Shown here: positions 38,823 to 47,934 of the stretch, piece after piece
How the letters are laid out: every line of letters starts with the position of its first letter
Numbering within the stretch: position 1 is the stretch's first letter
DNA from: a candidate division WOR-3 bacterium
Lineage (GTDB): Bacteria; Hydrothermota; Tepidihabitantia; Tepidihabitantales; Tepidihabitantaceae
Length of the DNA: 64,000 nucleotides
NCBI GenBank assembly: GCA_965648905.1
Contig: CBFGIT010000006.1
Coordinates: forward strand, 1 to 64,000
Direction: 5' to 3'
Position numbers and translations under genes: made by a program
The notes under the pieces: generated by a model
Database searches by the model: none
What the model was told of the DNA's origin: nothing
What the model saw: only the letters and a program-made list of their open reading frames with translations

Positions 38823-39626
38823 CTACGGATGACTGACAACTGACAGAAGAGCTTGAGACAAACCGAAGAACGACTCGGGCACAAGGTTTTCAGCCCGCTG
38901 GTTCGGTGCGACGCCACAAGCGGTCAGCACCAGAAGAGCCTGCTTCTTGCTCAGGTCGAATCCGACTGCAAGGTTGTTGAGCATGGTCTTGCGCCGTTGG
39001 CTGAAGCAGACCTTGACTACGCGCCTGAACCACGCCTCATCCTGTACTGCAAACAACGGTTTTTCCCGCCGGGTGATTCTGATTGCGGTCGAGACTACGT
39101 CGGGTCTTGGTTTGAACCGGTTCGGCTCGATGTTGAACAGCCGCTCGCGCTCGGTGAGGCGTTCGAACAGCACGGTCGGTACGCCGTAGGCTCTCCTGCC
39201 CGGTTGAGCCAGCAGCCGCTGAGCAAACTCACGCTGGACCGTGACCACCGCGCTGGCCCATGTGTCGATGTAGTCAAGCAGGCGGAATAGCATCTGGGAG
39301 GCGAGGTTATAGGGCAGGTTTCCCATAACCTTCAGACCGCAGCCGGGCCTGAGGTCATAAGTCATGAAGTCGGCGTGAACCAGCTCGAATCTGGGGCTGG
39401 CTCCGAAGGCTGCCGCAAGGCCGGCGGCCAGCCGCTCGTCAAGCTCGACCGCAATGACCCTGGCGCCGGTGTGAATCAGACGGCTGGTGAGAATCCCCTT
39501 GCCCGGCCCGATTTCGAGCACCGTGTCGAGCGGGCCGGCCCCAAGCGCGGCGACCAGCGCGTCCGCAGTCGGCTCGTGCGTGAGGAAGCACTGGCCAAGG
39601 CCTTTGCGTGGTCGGACGTGTTTCAA
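38823..39626 (-). CDS. rsmA: 16S rRNA m6,2A dimethyltransferase
   Basis: LGQCFL, LEIGPGKG, VELD, GNLPYN, F.PRPDVVS, FSQRRK; start placed at TTG 39626. Confidence 0.95.
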   Translation of the reverse strand: MKHVRPRKGLGQCFLTHEPTADALVAALGAGPLDTVLEIGPGKGILTSRLIHTGARVIAVELDERLAAGLAAAFGASPRFELVHADFMTYDLRPGCGLKVMGNLPYNLASQMLFRLLDYIDTWASAVVTVQREFAQRLLAQPGRRAYGVPTVLFERLTERERLFNIEPNRFKPRPDVVSTAIRITRREKPLFAVQDEAWFRRVVKVCFSQRRKTMLNNLAVGFDLSKKQALLVLTACGVAPNQRAENLVPESFFGLSQALLSVVSHP

Positions 39627-39643
39627 GGGGCGAGGAATCGAGG

Positions 39644-40435
39644 CTAGATACGATAGCAGCGGCGGGCGTTGTCCGAAAGCACAAGGGACAGGGCCTTGGC
39701 ATCCTCGGAAAGGACCCGAGCCAGTGCCTGTACCGTCAGCCTGATGTGCGCCGGCTCGCACCGGTTTCCCCGTTCCGGTATCGGGGCCAGGTAGGGCGCG
39801 TCGGTTTCAACCATCAGCCGGTCTTTGGGGAATCCACGCAGGATGTCGAACAGCTTGGTCTCGCCATAGGTGATATTGCCGGCGACCGAGATGAACAGCC
39901 CCTTTTCCGCTGCCCACTCTGCGGTCTTTCGGTCCCCCGAGAAGCAGTGCAGCACCCCGGCATAGTGGCCGTGTTCGTCAACTATCGCCCGGGCCCGGCC
40001 GGCAGCGTCGCGGATATGGATGACCATCGGCATGTCAATCATCCGGGCCAGTTCAATCTGGGCGTGGAATGCGGTCTCCTGATTCGACCGAGACGAGATA
40101 TTGCGGAAGAAGTCGAGTCCGATTTCCCCGATTGCCTTGACTTTCGGGTCGATGCACATGTCTTTCAGAGTTTGGACGTCCATCGGGCGGAATCGGTCTG
40201 CCTCGTGCGGATGCACGCCGATAGCACAGTAGACATCGGGCCGCTGTCGGCAGAGCGCGACCGCCTGCTTGCTGTCCGGCACGCTCTGGCTTGCCGTCAT
40301 GATGCCCTGGACACCGGCCTGCTGGGCCCGTTTGAGCACGACCGTAAGGTCGCCGGCAAACTGCCCGTCAGTCAGATGACAATGGGAGTCGAAGAACCGC
40401 AGGCCGTCATCATCCGCTCGGACGCGCCGTGCCAT
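39644..40435 (-). CDS. tatD: TatD family DNase
   Basis: DSHCH, GVHPH, IGEIGLD, HIRDA, LHCFSG, ETDAPYL. Confidence 0.95.
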   Translation of the reverse strand: MARRVRADDDGLRFFDSHCHLTDGQFAGDLTVVLKRAQQAGVQGIMTASQSVPDSKQAVALCRQRPDVYCAIGVHPHEADRFRPMDVQTLKDMCIDPKVKAIGEIGLDFFRNISSRSNQETAFHAQIELARMIDMPMVIHIRDAAGRARAIVDEHGHYAGVLHCFSGDRKTAEWAAEKGLFISVAGNITYGETKLFDILRGFPKDRLMVETDAPYLAPIPERGNRCEPAHIRLTVQALARVLSEDAKALSLVLSDNARRCYRI

Positions 40436-40437
40436 GA

Positions 40438-42444
40438 CTAGGAGACCGAACTGCCCGGCGCAATCGGGCGGTCCGGCACGAGGAGCGCCATGCTGTCACT
40501 GCTGACCGCGGCCAGCAGCATGCCGTTCGACTCGACTCCGCGGATTCTTGCCGGCGCAAGATTGGTCACGACAACGATGCTCCGGCCCACCAGCTCTTCC
40601 GGTTTGTAGGCCCGGGCAATGCCCGCAACAATCTGACGCTGCTCAGTACCGAGGTCAATCTGGAGCTTGAGCAGTTTGTCGGCGCCGGGCACGGGCTCAG
40701 CCGAGACCACCCGGGCGACTTTGAGTTCCAGCTTCTTGAATTCATCAAACGAAATCATGTTCTTCTCCTTGGTTGGCGCTGCCGGCGGGGTCTCTTTCCG
40801 GCCGAGCTTGTCGACCTGAACCTTGATGGCCGCCTCGTCGATCTTGCCGAACAGGACCTCGACCGGCCCGAGCTCTACGGGCAGCTCGGCCCGGGCAGCA
40901 TCATCCCAGGTGCGCCGGCCCAGCCCGAGCATGGCTCCGAGTTTCCGACTGGTGTAGGGGAGAAACGGGTAGAGCAGCACTTCAAGACACGAAACCAGTC
41001 GCAGACAGGTAGTCATGGTTCGGTCACAGCGGTCGCGGTCCTGTTTGAAGCTCCGCCAGGGTGCCGAATAGTCAAAGTACCGATTGCCCCGGGCCGCAAG
41101 GGTCATTACCTCACGCGCCGCATCTTTGATGCGATAGCTGTCAATCAGCTCGCCGAGCCGCGCGGGCGCCGCCTCGATCGCCTTGAGGACCTCAAGTGAA
41201 CTCTCGTCGTCAGCGCTGACCCGCGGCACCCGACCTTGGTAGTTGTTCTTCAGGAACACCGCGACCCGGTTGACGAAGTTGCCCAGCACATCGGCCAGCT
41301 CGTTGTTGTTCCGGGCATGGAAGTCACGCCAGGTGAAATCCACGTCTCGGTTCTCAGGCAGGTTCACTGCCAGCGCATAACGCAGCGGGTCGGCGGCAAA
41401 CTGCTTCAGGTAGTCTGGCAGCCATACTGCCCAGTTGCGCGAAGTCGAGAGCTTGTCGCCTTCAAGGTTCAAGAACTCGTTGGCCGGGATGTCGGTCGGA
41501 AGCACAATGCCGCCGTGGGCCATGAGCATCGCCGGCCAGACAATTGCATGGAACACGATATTGTCCTTGCCGATGAAATGGACGAGCCGGGTGTTCTCGT
41601 CGTGCCAGTAGTCCTGCCATCGGTCCGGCTGTCCTTTCTGCTCGGCCCATTCTTTGGTCGAGGAGATATAGCCGATCGGCGCATCGAACCAGACATACAT
41701 CACCTTGCCTCTGGCCTCAGGCAAAGGCACTGGCACGCCCCAGGCGAGGTCGCGCGTGACCGAGCGGTCAGCCAGACCCCGGTCAAACCAGCCTTGGCAG
41801 AACCGTCTGACATTGGGCTTCAGGTTGTTCTTCGACCCGATCCAGTCCCGGAGTCGCGGCTCGAACTTCGACAGGGCAAAGAACCAGTGGGTTGTCTCCC
41901 GTACCTCTGGAGCAGCGCCGCAGGTCTTGCACTTCGGCCCGATGAGGTCGAAAGGCTCAATCCACTTGCCGCATGCCTCACACTGGTCTCCGCGTGCGCC
42001 CGGCGAGCCGCAGGCCGGACACGTCCCTTCCACGTACCGGTCGGCAAGAAACATCCGGCACCCCGGGCAATAGAGCTGGCGCGTGGTCTGGGGCTTCAAA
42101 AACCCCTGGTCATAGACCCGGAGAAAAAAGTCCTGGGCGGTACGGTGGTGTATCGGCAGCGAGGTCCGGGAGTAGTTGTCGAACTCGATGCCGAACTCCT
42201 CGAACGAGCGCTTGATTGACGGATGGAACCGGTCAACGATTTCGCGCGGGCCAACCCCGGTCTGCTGGGCTGCCAGGGTTATCGGCACGCCGTGCTCGTC
42301 CGAACCGCAGATATAGACCACGTCCGACCCTTTGAGTCGGTGGTATTTCACAAAGATGTCGGCGGGCAGATAAGCGCCGGCCAGGTGGCCGAAGTGGATT
42401 TCCCCGTTGGCATAAGGCAGGGCGCTTGTTACCAGAATCTTCAA
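40438..42444 (-). CDS. metG: Methionine--tRNA ligase with C-terminal tRNA-binding domain
   Basis: TSALPYANG..HFGH, Zn knuckles, YVWFDAPIGY, KLSTS, GVESNGML; start TTG 42444. Confidence 0.97.
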   Translation of the reverse strand: MKILVTSALPYANGEIHFGHLAGAYLPADIFVKYHRLKGSDVVYICGSDEHGVPITLAAQQTGVGPREIVDRFHPSIKRSFEEFGIEFDNYSRTSLPIHHRTAQDFFLRVYDQGFLKPQTTRQLYCPGCRMFLADRYVEGTCPACGSPGARGDQCEACGKWIEPFDLIGPKCKTCGAAPEVRETTHWFFALSKFEPRLRDWIGSKNNLKPNVRRFCQGWFDRGLADRSVTRDLAWGVPVPLPEARGKVMYVWFDAPIGYISSTKEWAEQKGQPDRWQDYWHDENTRLVHFIGKDNIVFHAIVWPAMLMAHGGIVLPTDIPANEFLNLEGDKLSTSRNWAVWLPDYLKQFAADPLRYALAVNLPENRDVDFTWRDFHARNNNELADVLGNFVNRVAVFLKNNYQGRVPRVSADDESSLEVLKAIEAAPARLGELIDSYRIKDAAREVMTLAARGNRYFDYSAPWRSFKQDRDRCDRTMTTCLRLVSCLEVLLYPFLPYTSRKLGAMLGLGRRTWDDAARAELPVELGPVEVLFGKIDEAAIKVQVDKLGRKETPPAAPTKEKNMISFDEFKKLELKVARVVSAEPVPGADKLLKLQIDLGTEQRQIVAGIARAYKPEELVGRSIVVVTNLAPARIRGVESNGMLLAAVSSDSMALLVPDRPIAPGSSVS

Positions 42445-42451
42445 GTCGCAA

Positions 42452-42518
42452 AGGATACCCACCGGAGTCTCCAAGTCAAGCCGGTCAGACTTGACCTTGG
42501 CCTGATTGTCCCTAGACT
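42452..42518. promoter_or_regulatory. Back-to-back sigma70-type promoters for metG and the response regulator
   Basis: Minus strand TTGACT-N16-TATCCT 7 nt before TTG 42444; plus strand TTGACC-N16-TAGACT 8 nt before ATG 42527. Confidence 0.75.
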
Positions 42519-42526
42519 GAGGCAGT

Positions 42527-42916
42527 ATGGATACGAAGAAGAAGCACATCTTCGTGATTGACGATGATGGCAGTGCGCGCCTGCTCCTGCGCAAGATACT
42601 TGAGCCGGCCGGCTATCGCGTGTCCGAGGCGAAGAACGCGCTTGAGGCTTTCAACATCGACCCGAAAGACCCGCCCGACCTTGTCCTGCTCGACCTGGCC
42701 ATGCCCGGCATCAGCGGCCACAAGGTTCTGGCTTCGTTCAAGTCGGACGCGAGCTTCAAGGCGCCGGTTCTCATTGTCTCGGCCCACACTGACCCGGACA
42801 GCACCCAGGCCGTGGCTGCGGCCGGTGCCGACGGGTTTGTCGCCAAGCCGGTACGACGTGAGCAGTTGCTTGCCATTGTTGCCGACCTGCTGGCCAAACG
42901 CGACGCACGGCCTTAA
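42527..42916 (+). CDS. Single-domain (CheY-like) response regulator
   Basis: VIDDD, LLDLAMPG, VSA, FVAKP. Confidence 0.93.
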   Translation: MDTKKKHIFVIDDDGSARLLLRKILEPAGYRVSEAKNALEAFNIDPKDPPDLVLLDLAMPGISGHKVLASFKSDASFKAPVLIVSAHTDPDSTQAVAAAGADGFVAKPVRREQLLAIVADLLAKRDARP

Positions 42917-42999
42917 CCGACCTAGTCCGATTGGCACGAACGGTCAGATTGCCGGACTCGAACCACCCGGTCATAAGCCAGCATGAGGAGTTCTGAAGG

Positions 43000-43980
43000 A
43001 TGATACTTGCCGTTGCCGAACAGCGCGAAGGCGTGCTCAAGAAAGTGACGTTTGAGGCTCTGCTTGTCGGCTATGCGGCCGCCAGGCAGCGGAACGAGGA
43101 ACTTGCTGCGGTTGTTGTCGGCTCAGATGTCGCCGGTCTCGCCAATCAGATTATCCGGTTCGGTGTGTCCCGGGTCCTGACGCTCGACACACCTGAACTC
43201 GAATACTACACTCCGGACCGCTGGGCCGGCGCAATCGCCGAGCTGTGTCAGGAGTTAGAGCCTTCGCTGATTGTCACCAGCGCCACGCTCCAGGGTCGGG
43301 ACCTTTCCGCCTCGCTTGCTGCCCGGCTCGAATCGGTGCTGGTTCCCGACTGCATCGCCTTTGAGTTTGACGAGCAGGGCCGGCTGATCCTCACCCGTCC
43401 CATTTACGCCGGCAAGGCGCTCACTCGGGTCAGGACTCCGGCCGACGGCACGGTTGTCATCTCGATGCGGCCACGCGCGGTCGGGTCCCAGCCCGAGACC
43501 GGAACCGAGGCCCCGGTCGTTGCCGCGAATCTGAAGCCGGCTGAGTTCCGCACGCGGGTCGCGGAAATCGTCCGTGCCGTGACCAAGACGGTCGAGCTCA
43601 CTGAGGCTGATATTGTCGTCTCGGGCGGCCGGGGCATGAAAGGTCCGGAGAACTACGTGATTCTCGAAGAACTGGCCCAGGTTGTCGGCGCCGCGGTCGG
43701 CGCCTCGCGTGCCGCCGTGGATGCGGGCTGGCGCGACCACCAGTTTCAGGTCGGGCAAACCGGCAAGACCGTTGCTCCCTCGCTCTACATCGCCTGCGGC
43801 ATATCCGGCGCGATACAGCATCTGGTCGGCATGATCAATTCCAGGTGCATCGTTGCCATCAACAAGGACGCCGAAGCGAACATCTTCAAGGTCGCGGACT
43901 ACGGCATTGTCGGCGACCTCTTCACGGTCGTGCCGATGCTCACCGAGGAGTTCAGGAAACTGAAAGCTCAGGGAGGCTAG
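43000..43980 (+). CDS. etfA: Electron transfer flavoprotein alpha subunit
   Basis: IVVSGGRG, ASRAAVDAG, QVGQTGK, LYIACGISGAIQHL. Confidence 0.97.
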   Translation: MILAVAEQREGVLKKVTFEALLVGYAAARQRNEELAAVVVGSDVAGLANQIIRFGVSRVLTLDTPELEYYTPDRWAGAIAELCQELEPSLIVTSATLQGRDLSASLAARLESVLVPDCIAFEFDEQGRLILTRPIYAGKALTRVRTPADGTVVISMRPRAVGSQPETGTEAPVVAANLKPAEFRTRVAEIVRAVTKTVELTEADIVVSGGRGMKGPENYVILEELAQVVGAAVGASRAAVDAGWRDHQFQVGQTGKTVAPSLYIACGISGAIQHLVGMINSRCIVAINKDAEANIFKVADYGIVGDLFTVVPMLTEEFRKLKAQGG

Positions 43981-44012
43981 GCTGCTCGTCGGCCCGGCCG
44001 GCTCCGGCACAC

Positions 44013-44462
44013 ATGCCTAACACCAAGCAGACCGACGTCGCCGAAGTCTTCGATGTTCTGGCTCGGGTGCTCGACATCTCGGAACCACCGGTAGCCCGAT
44101 GCCGCTTGCTCTCCTCAGGCTTTGGCCCTTCGCACATGCTCAAGACCGAGGCGGAACTGACCGGAACCAGGGCCTGTCTGGGGTGCGGCAACTGCGTCGA
44201 CATCTGCTCCCTGCTTGCTCGCGAGCCGGCCCGACTGAAGAAGACCGCTCAGCGCACCTCGCTTGCGCTTGAGACCATGGTCGGCACTGACTGCGACCGC
44301 TGCTATGCCTGTGTCATGTCCTGCCCGCAGGTTGATACGACTCTGAAGCACTACATCGTTCGCACGCGTACGGTCGAGCAGATGAAGCACCTGCTTGAGC
44401 GGCTGGCACCGACCGACGACTACTACCTGGATGCTTTCCTTGAGGAGGCAGAGAATGGCTGA
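44013..44462 (+). CDS. 2x[4Fe-4S] ferredoxin-like protein
   Basis: CLGCGNCVDIC and CDRCYACVMSCP. Confidence 0.85.
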   Translation: MPNTKQTDVAEVFDVLARVLDISEPPVARCRLLSSGFGPSHMLKTEAELTGTRACLGCGNCVDICSLLAREPARLKKTAQRTSLALETMVGTDCDRCYACVMSCPQVDTTLKHYIVRTRTVEQMKHLLERLAPTDDYYLDAFLEEAENG

Positions 44463-45141
44463 GGCCAACCTGATTGACATCTACATTACCGGCGAGCATC
44501 ACCAGGTCCCGGATTCGCTCACCATCCTGCAGGCGTTTGAGTACGCCGGGTACAAGCTGGTGCGCGGAGTCGGGTGCCGGGGCGGGTTCTGCGGCGCCTG
44601 CGCCACGGTTTACCGCCTGCCCGGTGACTACCATCTCAAGTTCGCGCTCGCCTGTCAGACCAAAGTCGAACCCGGCATGCAACTGGCAATGGTGCCCTTC
44701 TACCCGGCGCACCGTTCGAGCTACCGATTATCCGAGCTCAAGGGCGAACCACGCGAAGTCCTGGACCTTTACCCTGAGCTGCTCCGCTGTTTTGGCTGTA
44801 ACACCTGCACCAAGTCCTGCCCACAGGACATCGACGTGCTCGGCTACGTCTCGGCGATGGTACGAGGCGACATCCCGGCTGCGGCCGACATCTCATTTGA
44901 CTGCACCATGTGCGGGCTGTGTGTTTCCCGCTGCCCGGCGGAACTCGTGAAACACAACGCGGCCCTGCTCTGCCGGCGCATCTACGGTCGCAATCTCGCG
45001 CCCCGGTCTGCGCATCTGGCGAAGCGCTGCGACGAAATCAAGGCCGGGAAGTTCAAAGAAGATATGGCTGCGTCCAAGAAGCTCTCCAAAGAAGAGCTGA
45101 AGAAACGTTATGCTGCCCGCGACATCGAACCTGGCGAGTAA
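44455..45141 (+). CDS. Sdh/Frd-like iron-sulfur subunit ([2Fe-2S] + 2x[4Fe-4S])
   Basis: CRGGFCGAC...C, CFGCNTCTKSCP, CTMCGLCVSRCP; GAGGAGG SD. Confidence 0.88.
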   Translation: MAEANLIDIYITGEHHQVPDSLTILQAFEYAGYKLVRGVGCRGGFCGACATVYRLPGDYHLKFALACQTKVEPGMQLAMVPFYPAHRSSYRLSELKGEPREVLDLYPELLRCFGCNTCTKSCPQDIDVLGYVSAMVRGDIPAAADISFDCTMCGLCVSRCPAELVKHNAALLCRRIYGRNLAPRSAHLAKRCDEIKAGKFKEDMAASKKLSKEELKKRYAARDIEPGE

Positions 45142-45150
45142 GGAGCGACG

Positions 45151-46755
45151 ATGAGCTATCCATCTTCAATGCAGGATTCGCTGGCCAAGGTCGTCGCTTC
45201 CCGCGAGCGGAGAATGTCCGAGCAGTTCCCCAGGGCGACCGCGGAGGAGAAAGAACAAGTCCTGAAAGAGAACCACCCGGACTACCGGGCGGAGACATTT
45301 GCCACCGTGCGGGTCGGGCCCAATGCCGGTGACCGGACGCCGAAAGAGCTGGCACTGCTGCTTGAGGCCGACAGTCTGCTCGACCCGGCGCAGATGAAAC
45401 TCGATTCGCCTGACTACCTGGCGGACGTACTTGTCATCGGCGGCGGCGGAGCCGGGTGTGCTGCTGCCATTATGGCGGACTCAGCCGGCGCATCGGTCCT
45501 GATTGCGACCAAGCTCAGGCTCGGCGACGCCAACACGATGATGGCGCAGGGCGGGATTCAGGCCGCGGACAAGGAGAACGACTCGCCGCTGACACACTAC
45601 CTCGATGTGATGGGCGGCGGTCACTTCGCGAACGACCCAGACCTGGTCGAAGCACTGGTGACCGACGCACCGGAGTCGCTCGCCTGGCTCGAGAGTCTGG
45701 GCGCAATGTTCGACAAGAATCCGGACGGCTCAATGAAGACCATCCACGGCGGTGGCACCTCACGCCGACGGATGCACACGGCCCGCGACTACACCGGCGC
45801 CGAGATCATGCGCACTCTGCGCGACGAAGTCCGCTCGCGCGACCGGATCACGATTCTTGAGTTCTCACCCGCGGTCGAACTGCTGACCGACGGCAGCACA
45901 GTGACCGGCGCGGTCCTGCAGAATCTGAATCTCGGTCGTTACACCGTGGTCCGGGCCAAGACGGTCATCATCGCGACCGGCGGCTCAGGCCGGCTCCACT
46001 ACCAGGGTTTTCCGACGTCGAATCACTACGGCGCGACGGCCGACGGCCTGGTCCTCGCCTACCGCGCAGGCGCACGCCTTGCGTTCATCGACACAATGCA
46101 GTACCACCCGACCGGCGCGGCATTTCCGCAGCAGATTCTCGGTCTGCTTGTCACCGAGAAGGTTCGCTCCATCGGCGCCCAACTGGTCAACTCCGATGGC
46201 GAGCAGTTCATCTTCCCTTTGGAGACCCGCGACGTCGTCGCCTCGGCGATTATCCGCGAGTGCGGCCGGGGTAAGTGCATTACTACGCCAACCGGGGTTC
46301 AAGGGGTCTGGCTCGATACGCCGATGATTGAAATCAGGCGTGGCCCGGGCACGGTCAAGCGTGAACTGCCGGCGATGGTGCGCCAGTTCGGTCGGCATGG
46401 CATCGACATCGCCAGGGAGCCGATGCTCGTCTACCCGACGCTCCACTACCAGAACGGCGGCGTCGAAATCAAGCCGGACTGCACCACCTCGGTTCCGTAC
46501 CTGCTGGTGGCCGGCGAAGCGTCCGGCGGCGTTCACGGCCGGAACCGGCTGATGGGCAACTCGCTGCTCGATGTTATCGTGTTCGGCCGCAGGGCAGGCA
46601 CGGCTGCGGCAATCGCGGCTCAGGAACGCAAGGGCGATATCAAGCTTGGTCTTGCTCATGTCGAACGCTGGCGCGCGGAACTGAAGGCCAAAGGCCTGAC
46701 CCCTGAGGTCAAGTCACCCCTGCTCCTGCCGGACTACACCCGCAAGGAACCCTGA
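45151..46755 (+). CDS. Succinate dehydrogenase/fumarate reductase flavoprotein-like subunit
   Basis: GGGGAG, AQGG, QYHPT, TE, RDVV, HYQNGG, HGRNRLMGNSL. Confidence 0.92.
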   Translation: MSYPSSMQDSLAKVVASRERRMSEQFPRATAEEKEQVLKENHPDYRAETFATVRVGPNAGDRTPKELALLLEADSLLDPAQMKLDSPDYLADVLVIGGGGAGCAAAIMADSAGASVLIATKLRLGDANTMMAQGGIQAADKENDSPLTHYLDVMGGGHFANDPDLVEALVTDAPESLAWLESLGAMFDKNPDGSMKTIHGGGTSRRRMHTARDYTGAEIMRTLRDEVRSRDRITILEFSPAVELLTDGSTVTGAVLQNLNLGRYTVVRAKTVIIATGGSGRLHYQGFPTSNHYGATADGLVLAYRAGARLAFIDTMQYHPTGAAFPQQILGLLVTEKVRSIGAQLVNSDGEQFIFPLETRDVVASAIIRECGRGKCITTPTGVQGVWLDTPMIEIRRGPGTVKRELPAMVRQFGRHGIDIAREPMLVYPTLHYQNGGVEIKPDCTTSVPYLLVAGEASGGVHGRNRLMGNSLLDVIVFGRRAGTAAAIAAQERKGDIKLGLAHVERWRAELKAKGLTPEVKSPLLLPDYTRKEP

Positions 46756-46782
46756 TGTCCTCCACTCAATTGCCCTCCTGAG

Positions 46783-47862
46783 ATGGACTTCTGCTTGTCC
46801 GAAGACGCCGAAATGGTCCGTCAGACCGCGCACGAGTTTGTTCGGCGCGACCTGCTGCCCCACGAATCCAAGTTCCTGAACACCAAAGACGAGGCTGAGC
46901 GCAGGGCAATGGTCCAGGCGGCGACCGAAAGCCTGAGAGAGATGGGCCTTTACTCGGCTGGCGTGCCTGAGGAGTTTGGTGGCGGCGGGCTCGGGCCAGT
47001 CGAGACTTGTCTTATCGCGGAAGAACTCGCCCACACGTTGATACCCGTCGAGTGGGGCGAGCTGACACCCCTGCTCTACGAATGCTCTGACGCCCAGCAG
47101 GCTGCGTTCCTCAAGCCAGTAGTCGAAGGCACTAAGACCTACGCGCTCGCGTTCCAGGAACCCGAGCGTTTTCGTGACCCGGCGTCGATGAAGGCGACTG
47201 CTGTCGCCAGGGAACACAACTATGTCCTGAACGGCACCAAGCTGCTTTCGCGTGCCGGCGCTGACTTCGCACTCGTGTTCGTGAAGGCACCAGAAGGTCC
47301 GACCTGCTTCCTTGTGGACTCGGAGACGGCGAATGGCGAAGTGCGAGAGGCGAACGGCGTCCCGGTGCTTGCCCTGTCCGGTTGTGCGGTCAGCCAAGAC
47401 CGGATGCTGGGTCAGCCCGGCAAGGCACTGCAGCTCGGCCGCAAGTGGTTTCCACTCGCCCGCATCACGCGAGCTGCTGCCATTCTTGGTGCCTGCGACC
47501 GACTGCTTGAGGTCAACGCCCAGTATGCCCACGACTGGAACTCGCTCGGCCGGCCGATTCACGAACGCGCCTCAATCCAGCAGGCCATTGCCGACATGGC
47601 CGGTGACGTCGAAGCCCTGCGCTGGCTGGTCTATCATGCTGCCTGGCTTGCATCTGAGGGCAAGAAGGTCGACTATGACTCGATGCTGGTGAAGGTCCAA
47701 GCGCATAAGGTCCTCACCGACACAATCAACCGCTCGGTTCGCATCCACGGCGGGACAATGCCAGCGATTGCCGAATGGCTCTCCAAAGCCGCATCCGACG
47801 ATGCCTCCGACGTCCTTCGGTTCGCGGTGAGCCGCGAGACCATCTCGCGCCTGCTCCCTTAG
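46783..47862 (+). CDS. Acyl-CoA dehydrogenase family protein (degenerate C-terminus)
   Basis: MDF.LS, VPEEFGGGG, EP, YVLNGTK, IADM, IHGG. Confidence 0.85.
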   Translation: MDFCLSEDAEMVRQTAHEFVRRDLLPHESKFLNTKDEAERRAMVQAATESLREMGLYSAGVPEEFGGGGLGPVETCLIAEELAHTLIPVEWGELTPLLYECSDAQQAAFLKPVVEGTKTYALAFQEPERFRDPASMKATAVAREHNYVLNGTKLLSRAGADFALVFVKAPEGPTCFLVDSETANGEVREANGVPVLALSGCAVSQDRMLGQPGKALQLGRKWFPLARITRAAAILGACDRLLEVNAQYAHDWNSLGRPIHERASIQQAIADMAGDVEALRWLVYHAAWLASEGKKVDYDSMLVKVQAHKVLTDTINRSVRIHGGTMPAIAEWLSKAASDDASDVLRFAVSRETISRLLP

Positions 47863-47882
47863 GCCGCTGCGACAGACATCCG

Positions 47883-47916
47883 AAAAAACTGCCGGGGCAG
47901 AGAACCTGCCCCGGCA
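47883..47916 (-). terminator. Intrinsic terminator between convergent genes
   Basis: TGCCGGGGCAG-agaac-CTGCCCCGGCA with a T-tract on the minus strand. Confidence 0.85.
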
Positions 47917-47934
47917 ATGGTATCTGGCTTCTAA

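Noticed and set aside
42445..42594. metG N-terminal extension in the ORF track
   Set aside because: Runs through the divergent promoters and into the response regulator; homology starts at LKILVTSAL
42932..42947. TGGCACG upstream of etfA as a sigma54 promoter
   Set aside because: The -12 element is missing (GTCA instead of TTGC at the required spacing)
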